Positions 46,535 through 54,738 of a DNA stretch of 64,000 nucleotides are shown here, one piece after another. The DNA lies in IMG/VR virus record IMGVR_UViG_3300021963_000041, positions 1 to 64,000 of that record; one strand, 5' to 3'. The DNA is from a virus. Both the position numbers and the translations under genes were made by a program. Positions within the stretch are counted from its first letter, which is position 1, and every line of letters starts with the position of its first letter. Under the pieces are notes generated by a model that was not told the DNA's origin, did not search any database, and saw nothing but the letters and a program-made list of their open reading frames with translations.

Positions 46535-47016
46535 TACTTTAAGTCTTTATTACCTTGCCATTGGCCGTTATACAATTCTGCTTCATTATTCTCAAACATA
46601 ATGATTTGAGCTACACGAGCACCTTTCTCAATGATGATAGGCTCAGTAACAATCATTACACCACCCATCTCATCTACTTCGAATCCTGGATCATACACAC
46701 CACTAGTGATAATTGCTCCACAACGAAGTACGCTAGAACGATGGCGAATAAAAGCTGTCATATTATTTGGTAACTTACATCCTTGCTCAAATGTTAATGA
46801 GTATGCTCCTGCACTAAGTTTGTAGATGAACTTTCCATCTGCATTAATCATTGGTGCTACTTCGTGGTAATCCTCAACTGCTGTCTTATCTGACATAACA
46901 GCTCCACCCATAATTCGTTTCACACCTTTCAGAGTAAGGTCATACCCTACCTGAGCTCTTGAGCCTTTATTATTAGTTTGTAGTAGCTCTTCTACTTGGA
47001 ATGCGTTTTGTAACAT
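46534..47016 (-). CDS. dCTP deaminase/archaeal-type dUTPase-fold protein
   Basis: GYDLT, RSS..R.G, YDPGF, RVAQ and Y.GQWQ; no obvious deaminase catalytic Glu. Confidence 0.8.
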   Translation of the reverse strand: MLQNAFQVEELLQTNNKGSRAQVGYDLTLKGVKRIMGGAVMSDKTAVEDYHEVAPMINADGKFIYKLSAGAYSLTFEQGCKLPNNMTAFIRHRSSVLRCGAIITSGVYDPGFEVDEMGGVMIVTEPIIIEKGARVAQIIMFENNEAELYNGQWQGNKDLK

Positions 47017-47140
47017 AGTATTTAATTGTGTTTAAATCAATATAAGATAAATTTGGATAGTTTGCAACAAACAAATCTAGAAGATCGAAGTGAGCAAAGC
47101 TATCTGGACATAGTCCTATAAAGTGTAGGATTTCGTGCAT
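46973..47140 (-). CDS. Small protein (55 aa), TAATG-coupled to queE
   Basis: Manual translation MHEILHFIGLCPDSFAHFDLLDLF...; overlaps a promoter and the next start. Confidence 0.35.
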   Translation of the reverse strand: MHEILHFIGLCPDSFAHFDLLDLFVANYPNLSYIDLNTIKYYVTKRIPSRRATTN

Positions 47141-47922
47141 TATACTCCTCGTTTTGTGTCGAATGCAATGATATGCTCACGACCGGTAAAATTATATCCA
47201 TTCTCTGTGCAGAAGTCAATCACCATTGGATAGACTCTGACCAATTCCTCACGATTATCTCCTGGAGGCATGATCCAAGTTTTATTCTTAGGAATACCAA
47301 GCTCAACTCTAAATGCTTCAATCTGTTCCCAAATCTCTGGCATCTCAACTGGATTACATACCGGCTTGAAGTGGTAGTTTGTATGGTATGCGATTGATTG
47401 TTTCATAGCTTCGTAATTCAAACGTAAGCTGTTATGCTTGTCGATCATCTTTTGATCAACTGCGATACCTTTCGGTGTAAGTACTCCCAACTTAGGTACG
47501 CTATTGCTAAACTTAGGACTGAGAGATATGAGACCGATTGGGTAATCTGTTTCAATGAAGTGACTACCTTCTGTCTCCATCGTAATAACAATACCTCTTT
47601 CATTTGCTAGGTGGGTTAATTCGTTAACTAAATCTGGGTGCATTGTTGGTGATCCACCCGTCAACATCATCTCCTTAATGTCTGGACGTTCGTCATACAT
47701 CTTGATGATATCGTTAAAAGTGAAACCACCCTTCTCTGGATGGATACTTGTATACCAAGAGTCACACCAACCACCTTCACCAAACCAACATCTGTGAGTA
47801 CATCCAGTTGTTCTAACTGCTACTGTTGGAAAGCCCGCTCTGGAGCCTTCACTCTGCACACAATAGTATAGTTCTACTATTGGCAGTTTCTTATCGTAAT
47901 CTGTAATTCTTCCTGCTTTCAT
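47140..47922 (-). CDS. queE: 7-carboxy-7-deazaguanine synthase (radical SAM)
   Basis: QSEG, R..GC..RC......WCDS, LTGG.P, ETEG, SPK. Confidence 0.92.
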   Translation of the reverse strand: MKAGRITDYDKKLPIVELYYCVQSEGSRAGFPTVAVRTTGCTHRCWFGEGGWCDSWYTSIHPEKGGFTFNDIIKMYDERPDIKEMMLTGGSPTMHPDLVNELTHLANERGIVITMETEGSHFIETDYPIGLISLSPKFSNSVPKLGVLTPKGIAVDQKMIDKHNSLRLNYEAMKQSIAYHTNYHFKPVCNPVEMPEIWEQIEAFRVELGIPKNKTWIMPPGDNREELVRVYPMVIDFCTENGYNFTGREHIIAFDTKRGV

Positions 47923-47923
47923 A

Positions 47924-48166
47924 TTAAAATGGTAATTCGTCGTCTAAAATGTCTTGTACCGTTGGCTGCTCTGGTTGTGCAGTTTTACCAAAATACTGAT
48001 CCAGAAAGTCTACCGGATACATCATCACTGTTCCGCTATATTTTGGATTACTAATTTCTTGCGATTGTATAACAACTCCTTGAGCTACTGCTGCTGTTGC
48101 TACTCTTTTACCTAGGTCTGAACCTGCTGCATGCCCTAGGTATTCATAAAGTGACTTAAATTCCAT
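47924..48166 (-). CDS. Hypothetical protein
   Basis: SLYEYLG.AAG motif; DDELPF tail resembling an SSB C-terminus. Confidence 0.65.
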   Translation of the reverse strand: MEFKSLYEYLGHAAGSDLGKRVATAAVAQGVVIQSQEISNPKYSGTVMMYPVDFLDQYFGKTAQPEQPTVQDILDDELPF

Positions 48167-48183
48167 AACCTGTGTTTTTTATT

Positions 48184-48462
48184 TTAACTATTTTCTTCAA
48201 TATACTCCAAAACTTCCATATAAGACCCTCTGTGTATATAGATTGGTGTTCCCTCTCCCACATAGGTGTTCCAGACATTATATTCTAGATATTCGATGGC
48301 ATCCTCTTCAGTCATCTCGTCACGCTGCATTAGAACTGTTACCATCCTACTTGCATCATATACCACCTTGCGAGTACCATTTGTATAAGTAATTCCTATG
48401 ACAGCCTCATCAAAGCCGTCAGCGAACATTGTTTGATCATTTGTTGAGCTTTCTGTCGTCAT
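48184..48462 (-). CDS. Conserved phage hypothetical protein
   Basis: ADGFDEA.IG, YD, EEDA.EY.EYN....YVG..TP. Confidence 0.7.
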   Translation of the reverse strand: MTTESSTNDQTMFADGFDEAVIGITYTNGTRKVVYDASRMVTVLMQRDEMTEEDAIEYLEYNVWNTYVGEGTPIYIHRGSYMEVLEYIEENS

Positions 48463-49015
48463 ATTCTAATACTCCTTTTGATTTAGCGTAATTAACAATA
48501 TCCGTAAGATTGGTAGCGTAAAAGTTTTCACGCTCTGCATCTGTAATACTTTCGTGGAATGCCTCCGTAAAACAGTTTGGTGTTTCGTAAATCTTTACAC
48601 CATGAATCTGTAAGCCTGTTTTTGCATCACCATATAGCTCATTTGTGAGCACTTCCATTGCTAAGTAAACTTCTTTAGCAATATTCTCCACTGAAGGGTT
48701 GCAATACTCTCCGTTACCATTCAAACTCATTAACCACAACTTAGTACCATAGTCTCTAGTCGTTTCGATTAGCTTTGTATCATGTGGATTAAGAATCATT
48801 CCATGATCTAGTATATCATCAATCCATTGACAGAATACACGCTTGATCTCTTTGAAGTCGATGGCATAACCAATCTCCTCCATATTTTCAAATGCAAACG
48901 TAAGTTCGTATAAATAAGTGTGTCCATGAATGTTGTAGCATTTCATAAACTCATTCATAACTCGATGTCCTGAATCGAAGTTACCCTTTCTTGTGATGTA
49001 TTGTATTTTGCTCAT
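48437..49015 (-). CDS. queD: 6-carboxytetrahydropterin synthase
   Basis: FDSGHR, C..IHGHTY, IDF, LDH, PSVEN and YET motifs. Confidence 0.92.
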   Translation of the reverse strand: MSKIQYITRKGNFDSGHRVMNEFMKCYNIHGHTYLYELTFAFENMEEIGYAIDFKEIKRVFCQWIDDILDHGMILNPHDTKLIETTRDYGTKLWLMSLNGNGEYCNPSVENIAKEVYLAMEVLTNELYGDAKTGLQIHGVKIYETPNCFTEAFHESITDAERENFYATNLTDIVNYAKSKGVLEYDDRKLNK

Positions 49016-49018
49016 ATC

Positions 49019-49255
49019 TTAAACTAATTCTTCAAATATACCAACTAATTCTGAAACTACCAACAATCCTACAGCTAAACCTAAATTAAAAGGTATAGCA
49101 ACGTATCCGACAATACGAATTGCCGACTTAACGAAACTCACTAGTTGATGCTTCTTTGGATCTGGGTGTTTGAAATCTTCTCGTACCTCACGTGGTGGTA
49201 CTTGTATAACCTTCTCTGGGTCAATTACTACATTCTTGTGTTTGATGTTGTACAT
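49019..49255 (-). CDS. Small membrane protein
   Basis: H...SF.KS.IRI, TM segments, E..G..EELV. Confidence 0.65.
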   Translation of the reverse strand: MYNIKHKNVVIDPEKVIQVPPREVREDFKHPDPKKHQLVSFVKSAIRIVGYVAIPFNLGLAVGLLVVSELVGIFEELV

Positions 49256-49691
49256 ATTGTAACTTTTTATTTGCGATTTTTTTGTAATTGTGGTAGAGTT
49301 GGATTAGGTCTTGGTTTGGATCAGCTGCTAAAGCTTCATCCCAACAATCAATACCAAACTCAACTGCCAGCTTGTCTCGAAGCAATGCTAGCAACTTAGT
49401 TTCCTCCTCGTGATAATCCTCCATGAGTTTGTTGTAACGCTTTATGTATTTACGTTCAACTTCAATTAACTTTTCTTGCAAACTCTCAGCACTAGCAACC
49501 CATTTGCTGGTCACCTTCTTTTGCTCTTGTTTGCATAAAACTAACTCGTATTTTGCTTGACGTAGATAATCGCTATGGTCAAAGTCACCATGCTCTATTT
49601 GTTGTAACAAAAACGATCTGCCTTTCAAGGCATCTTTTCTTTTGAGTAGTGGTTTTTTCCTACCTCTTCTCCACCAATTGAAACGACTCAT
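49221..49691 (-). CDS. Hypothetical protein
   Basis: 156 aa, after promoter 49714-49744. Confidence 0.65.
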   Translation of the reverse strand: MSRFNWWRRGRKKPLLKRKDALKGRSFLLQQIEHGDFDHSDYLRQAKYELVLCKQEQKKVTSKWVASAESLQEKLIEVERKYIKRYNKLMEDYHEEETKLLALLRDKLAVEFGIDCWDEALAADPNQDLIQLYHNYKKIANKKLQYVQHQTQECSN

Positions 49692-49724
49692 GTGTATGTA
49701 TTGTAAGTGTATACGAATATACTG

Positions 49725-49753
49725 AAAAAGGCTTACGTTAGCAAGCCTTTTTT
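49725..49753. terminator. Bidirectional-type hairpin overlapping a promoter
   Basis: AAAAAGGCTT-acgttagc-AAGCCTTTTT. Confidence 0.6.
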
Positions 49754-49770
49754 AAAATTTATTTTATCTC

Positions 49771-51174
49771 TTATTTGAGAGTCAGTCCAACTACAACACC
49801 CTGTAAACCAGAACCATCTGTAAAGGATGGTAATACTATTTTAAGTTTGTCATAAAAATTTGCTAAGCCAGCTCCTGATGCTGGTACTATAAGAATGTTA
49901 TCTTTATTAGCTAATACGAAATGTTCTGGGCCAACACCCTCTCCACCTTCATCACCCCCTTGCGACATATAGTAATCAAAACTAAAAGACACCAATTCTT
50001 TATAGAATCCAGCTCGATCAAGTGAGCCATCTTTTTTAATGTACTTTGCAATCCAACTATAATCGGTAGCTGTTGTTTTTTCAAACAACCCCATAAAACC
50101 TCTTCCAATTGCTTGAGCCAATTCCTCGTTAGATGGTTCACCACCCAAATCTATAAATTGCTTGTTAACTTCTTCAATCACAGTCGGCCATCCAGTTGTC
50201 TGAGAGTTACCATATCTAGCAGTCTCAGTTGGTACCTTTATGCCAGGTTTTTGTTTAGCAGTACCTGATAACGATGTTGTACCTAAACCTAGTTTAGTTG
50301 CTAAAGCCATATAGCCTTTATACAAACCTTCACGGAATCCTTTTGCTGTTCCAAAGCCTTTTTGTCCTCGAAGTCTTTTATTAACACCTCCAACTTCAAA
50401 AGGTTTACCTCCAACAACTAAGTCTCCCATACCGGTTGGTCGTGCACCACCTTTAAATAACATCGCCAACATCACCTCTACAATTCCCAGAGCTGGTGTG
50501 TCTTGCCATTTGTATACGACAAGCTCTTCAAAAGCCTTGTCTGAGAGACCCGTAGGTCCTTGGAAAGTACCTTTGATACTAGCCACTTTATTTAAAAAGC
50601 TTGTATACGATATCGAACGATCTGATAGGTATGCAGCTAACTTCATTTGATCGGTGTTGCCTGCATACATCTTATCAACCACAGCATCCACGTGCTTTGC
50701 ATCTGGTCCTAAAAATTCTGTTATCTTTTCTTCAATGACCTTCTCATAGTTACCCTGTCTCTTGAGTAGGGAAGCTACGCGATCTAATGTCTTTTGTGAA
50801 AAGTTAGAATCAGGATTACCTAGTAACTTTACCAAGTCAGAAGCTGTAATTTGCACATCTTCCTCCTCCCGTATTGGAGTAGGTGATTGCATCTTAATTG
50901 GTGCAACGTTATTGAAGTCCGGCATCTCTGTGATACCATTCTCTTTTAAAATCTCTTGCAGAAGTTTCAATTCTTTTTTACTAGAGAATTTACCATCCAC
51001 CATTGTTGGATACCCCTTTGGCAATCTGTAACACCATTCAGAAAGGATCTCATCATAATCTACATTCAAGGGTTTGCTATAGGTTTTAATCTCCGTAGCA
51101 ATCTTACTCGGTTTGATAGTCTTAAAATGAGAATCCAAATCTATGATGGATTGATTAGAAGTATCTCTCTTCAT
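49771..51174 (-). CDS. Large hypothetical protein, degenerate PD-(D/E)xK-like domain
   Basis: G.VE.ML...GDL.....FEVG (Gly at the Lys position); N-terminal EWCYRLPKGYP module. Confidence 0.55.
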   Translation of the reverse strand: MKRDTSNQSIIDLDSHFKTIKPSKIATEIKTYSKPLNVDYDEILSEWCYRLPKGYPTMVDGKFSSKKELKLLQEILKENGITEMPDFNNVAPIKMQSPTPIREEEDVQITASDLVKLLGNPDSNFSQKTLDRVASLLKRQGNYEKVIEEKITEFLGPDAKHVDAVVDKMYAGNTDQMKLAAYLSDRSISYTSFLNKVASIKGTFQGPTGLSDKAFEELVVYKWQDTPALGIVEVMLAMLFKGGARPTGMGDLVVGGKPFEVGGVNKRLRGQKGFGTAKGFREGLYKGYMALATKLGLGTTSLSGTAKQKPGIKVPTETARYGNSQTTGWPTVIEEVNKQFIDLGGEPSNEELAQAIGRGFMGLFEKTTATDYSWIAKYIKKDGSLDRAGFYKELVSFSFDYYMSQGGDEGGEGVGPEHFVLANKDNILIVPASGAGLANFYDKLKIVLPSFTDGSGLQGVVVGLTLK

Positions 51175-51697
51175 AGTGTAATAAGTCTAGTTTGTTTGAT
51201 ACATCAACTAATTGTGCAGCGTTCAATAAGTCTGAATACTCTGCGATTGATTGTACTTGAATTGTTCTGAACTCAGTTAAGAAATCGAATGTAGGTAAGT
51301 GAGCTGTGAACATAGCAGTTGAAATTTTGTTGTATTTGTCTCCCAAATCAAACTCCATCTCATAAGCTTTATTTACAATATCAATCAAACCATCAAACTT
51401 GCCTGAGAATTTAACTGCTGGTATTACTGGATTCGCATTCCAATCTACTAAGTAGTTTTGAATCTTTACAGCGTGCTCTAATTCTGCATTAGCTTCAGCT
51501 TCAAAGAAGGCAGCTGCTTTTAGATAAGCAACTCCTTTACACCAGTTGGCAGCGTTTCTGTAAAAATAATGTGCTGCATACTCTTCACCTAATGTGCTAT
51601 TCAAAGCATTGACAACATCCTCGTTAAGCGTCTTTGGTAAGAGAACTTGCGATTGTTCGGACGTTACTTTTACTACTGTTGATTGTGGTAATTCCAT
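51155..51697 (-). CDS. Ferritin
   Basis: EE.AA..Y, E...E..HA, E and Q..S..E ferroxidase pattern. Confidence 0.85.
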   Translation of the reverse strand: MELPQSTVVKVTSEQSQVLLPKTLNEDVVNALNSTLGEEYAAHYFYRNAANWCKGVAYLKAAAFFEAEANAELEHAVKIQNYLVDWNANPVIPAVKFSGKFDGLIDIVNKAYEMEFDLGDKYNKISTAMFTAHLPTFDFLTEFRTIQVQSIAEYSDLLNAAQLVDVSNKLDLLHYEERYF

Positions 51698-51720
51698 TTC
51701 TTATGTTTAATATAAATAGT

Positions 51721-52146
51721 CTAGTTTCCAGAAGATCCAAAACCACCTTCACCTCTTTCGGTTTCTGATAGTGTATTCATCTCCACCAACTCAATATCTG
51801 GATAAGGCATGATAATCATCTGACCCACTCTATCACCAACGCCATAGCGTCTTGATGGAATGCCTGACAATTTGTTAAAGGTGAACTCAATCTCTCCTCG
51901 ATAACCTGAGTCAATAACTCCAACACAATTTGATAGCATGATTTGCTGATTGCGTACTGAGCTTCTTGGAAAGATCAATCCAACATAACCTAGTGGAATC
52001 TCAAACGCCAATCCAGTCTTGTATGTGATTTGGAATCCTTCGTCATTGATGACCTCGACAGCTGTTAAGTCTAATCCAGCATCTCCTGGTTTAGCGTATG
52101 TTGGTATAACTGCGTTGGGGTGTAATTTTTTAACTGCTACTTTCAT
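51721..52146 (-). CDS. dut: Trimeric dUTPase
   Basis: DAGLDL, RSS, GVIDSGYRGE, Q and RGEGGFGSSG motifs. Confidence 0.97.
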   Translation of the reverse strand: MKVAVKKLHPNAVIPTYAKPGDAGLDLTAVEVINDEGFQITYKTGLAFEIPLGYVGLIFPRSSVRNQQIMLSNCVGVIDSGYRGEIEFTFNKLSGIPSRRYGVGDRVGQMIIMPYPDIELVEMNTLSETERGEGGFGSSGN

Positions 52147-52334
52147 AACTTAATTTGGTCTTCTATAAATTCTCTGAGTTTTGATAGCTCATAATTCAAC
52201 CAGTACTTACCTTTGTCATTGTATAACTTGACAAAGGTTTCTTTGTTTCCTGGTACGTAATAAAAATCTTCAATCTTAAATAAGGTGTCGTTGATTACAA
52301 CGTGCTTACCTACTAATGAAACTGCGTCTCTCAT
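52143..52334 (-). CDS. Hypothetical protein
   Basis: 63 aa, ATGA overlaps. Confidence 0.6.
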   Translation of the reverse strand: MRDAVSLVGKHVVINDTLFKIEDFYYVPGNKETFVKLYNDKGKYWLNYELSKLREFIEDQIKL

Positions 52335-52615
52335 TCTTCTGATACTGGTCTTTCGAAAGGTGTTCCTTCTTGTACCATACCATCACCATCCAAGTCCTTT
52401 GCTTTGGGATTAAATTTTGTTTTTGTAGATGGAAGTGATCCGAATAATTCGATCCACATTGCTTCATCTACCTCACCATTTGCTGGTAAACCTCTCTCTA
52501 ATTGCCAACCCAATATTGCTAGCTGTGTAGCTCTATCGTACGACCCATTGGCTTCTACATTTAACTTAGCTTGCAACTCCGTTACAAGTGGTCCTTCTGT
52601 CATTCCTAGTATCAT
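52331..52615 (-). CDS. Peptidoglycan-binding domain protein with Ca-binding motif
   Basis: LQ..L..NG.Y..AT..AI..WQ...GL..NG.V...W; DLDGDG.VQE. Confidence 0.7.
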   Translation of the reverse strand: MILGMTEGPLVTELQAKLNVEANGSYDRATQLAILGWQLERGLPANGEVDEAMWIELFGSLPSTKTKFNPKAKDLDGDGMVQEGTPFERPVSEE

Positions 52616-52799
52616 TGTTGTACTTTATTTTCTTTGTAGGGGCAGTGTCTGCAACCATTGTTGCAGCACCGTCCTCTACGTTTGTGATATGTTTCTGTCA
52701 TTACCATTCTACCATCCTCATAGTAGAAATCGTCAGGTTGTAGTTTCGGCTTTGAAAGCTTCTCTACATACAGCTGGAAGATCCAGTCCTCACTCGGCG
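52612..52799 (-). CDS. DUF5522-like Cys-rich protein (start uncertain)
   Basis: FYYEDG..V.T..YH.RRG.CC.NGCRHCPY. Confidence 0.7.
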
Positions 52800-52807
52800 A
52801 AACCATC

Positions 52808-54667
52808 TTACACGATTTCGCATGCACCACCTGCACAAGCTGCCTCACCTTTGAGGTCTGTTGTGTCATCTAACTCAATCACTTTGGATAAGTCGATGCT
52901 GTGCAATGATTTCATCATCTCTTCGTAAACCTCCTCCGTACAATCTTCAAAAGGAGCTTGAGTGTATGTACCACCGTTGAAAGGTAATACTGATAGACCG
53001 TTGTAGTGATCGCGGTTCTCCCACATCCACTCACCAGCCATATCCCACTCCTCATCTCTCAATGATACTGTAGCAGATACATTGTGTGTATTGTTTCCTG
53101 AACGATGTCCTGGTTTAACCCACTCCAAGTGTACTTTCTTAATACGCTCTAGCAATTGGAAAGGTGATTCTGTTCTTAGGATCGCTCCTTCTGGTGCTTT
53201 TTGTGGAATAGAGATTACTGCTGTGTCATGCGGACGGAAGTACTCATCTTCAATTAACTCTGGGTGATTGATTGCAAGGTAGCTGTAAATTGCTTCATTC
53301 TTTCCTACGCGAATACGACGGATGTAGAAGTCATTATGCCATGCGTGAATACCTGAGCTTGTTCCTAATGTCAGTGATGTAGTACCAGCTGGTTTAACAG
53401 TTGTCGTACGAGCTGACTTGTTGATACCGATCAACTCTGCTACACGAATGTTTTCTTCCTTAACAACTTTAGCTGCTTCTTTCATGTTGTATCCTAATAC
53501 TGTACCAGATCCGATACCAGTCATAGATACTCCGATCAACGCATCCTTCTCAGTTGTACGTCTCCATACGTCACGTAGATAATGGAAGTTTGTGTAGCCT
53601 GCTTGTAGTGTTCCAATAAATGACGCTGCTTTCACACGAGCATTCAAGTCTTCTTGTGATTCAATATCCGATACGTTTACCTCACACAAGTTACAGAATT
53701 GGAATGGACGTAGTGCAATCTCGCAACATGGGTTGGTTCCCCAGTCTTTGTCGTTAGTCAAATAGATACCTGGCTCTCCTGCTCCTGATAACTCAACACG
53801 CTTCCAGATATCCATAAAGAACTCTTTGGTAAGTTTATGTCTCATTAATACAGCTGAGTTGTTTGCACGTCCACGTTGTGGATTGGTTTCCCACCAGTTA
53901 CCTGATTTGCAAGCGATCATTTCATCGTCGTCAGCACTAAACAAGCTAATAAGAGCTGCTCTACGAATACCTCCGGCAAGGACTGCATCCGCAATATGAC
54001 ATACGATGTCATGTACTTCAATTGGTGATAATTTGTCTCCATTTTCTTTTGCATCTAAAATACCTTGAACTTTCACAAGACACTCTTTCAGTGGTTGTGC
54101 ACCTGGAGCTTTACCACCTGATGTAACTAGACGAGCACCTTTTGGACGGATGTCTGAAAAGTCAAACTCCATACGAGATGTTCCGTGAAAGTAACTTTTA
54201 ATAAGAGCCTTAACTGCATCTGCCCATCCTTCGATAGAGTCAGCAATCAAGAATCGTTTTGTACGTTTAACGCTTGGTTTACGAATCTCCGGTAGAGCTT
54301 CTACGTGATGTTTTTGTACTGAGTACCCAACACCTGTTCCTCCAAGCAATAGGAACATTGCTTCACCAAATGCACGATAGTCATCGATTGGTAAGTAAGC
54401 ACAATTGTAAACTCTGTTAGGAGAAATCTCAATTGGCTTTCCTGCAAACTGCATAGACCTCATTGATGGCAAAATCTTTTTAGCATACACCATTTTGTAA
54501 ACTTCTTCTATCTCTTCCGCTAGGTTAGGATATTTTTTAAGGTGCATGTTCTTGTTGCGTGTTACCAACTCTTCCCATGTCTCTCTTCGTTGTAGCTCAG
54601 GAATGTACTTGGCGTATTTCATAAAAACCGTGATCTCACTAAGGATCTCGTTAGATAATGTCATCAT
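52808..54667 (-). CDS. nrdJ: Adenosylcobalamin-dependent (class II) ribonucleotide reductase
   Basis: YNCAY, GTGVG, GGIRRAA, TNPCCEI, CNL, TVKPAGT, C-terminal CAGGAC; no beta subunit nearby. Confidence 0.92.
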   Translation of the reverse strand: MMTLSNEILSEITVFMKYAKYIPELQRRETWEELVTRNKNMHLKKYPNLAEEIEEVYKMVYAKKILPSMRSMQFAGKPIEISPNRVYNCAYLPIDDYRAFGEAMFLLLGGTGVGYSVQKHHVEALPEIRKPSVKRTKRFLIADSIEGWADAVKALIKSYFHGTSRMEFDFSDIRPKGARLVTSGGKAPGAQPLKECLVKVQGILDAKENGDKLSPIEVHDIVCHIADAVLAGGIRRAALISLFSADDDEMIACKSGNWWETNPQRGRANNSAVLMRHKLTKEFFMDIWKRVELSGAGEPGIYLTNDKDWGTNPCCEIALRPFQFCNLCEVNVSDIESQEDLNARVKAASFIGTLQAGYTNFHYLRDVWRRTTEKDALIGVSMTGIGSGTVLGYNMKEAAKVVKEENIRVAELIGINKSARTTTVKPAGTTSLTLGTSSGIHAWHNDFYIRRIRVGKNEAIYSYLAINHPELIEDEYFRPHDTAVISIPQKAPEGAILRTESPFQLLERIKKVHLEWVKPGHRSGNNTHNVSATVSLRDEEWDMAGEWMWENRDHYNGLSVLPFNGGTYTQAPFEDCTEEVYEEMMKSLHSIDLSKVIELDDTTDLKGEAACAGGACEIV

Positions 54668-54738
54668 AGATTTTGAATGTTGTATAAATTAGTATGTGTA
54701 TAAATATTGCGAAAAATATGTCTCAATGCGTTTTTTTC

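Noticed and set aside
43913-49015. Queuosine tRNA-modification pathway
   Set aside because: No QueC/QueF/QueA or canonical zinc-binding Tgt, and no GUN-anticodon tRNAs in the window; the DpdL-like paralog and replication context favour DNA modification.
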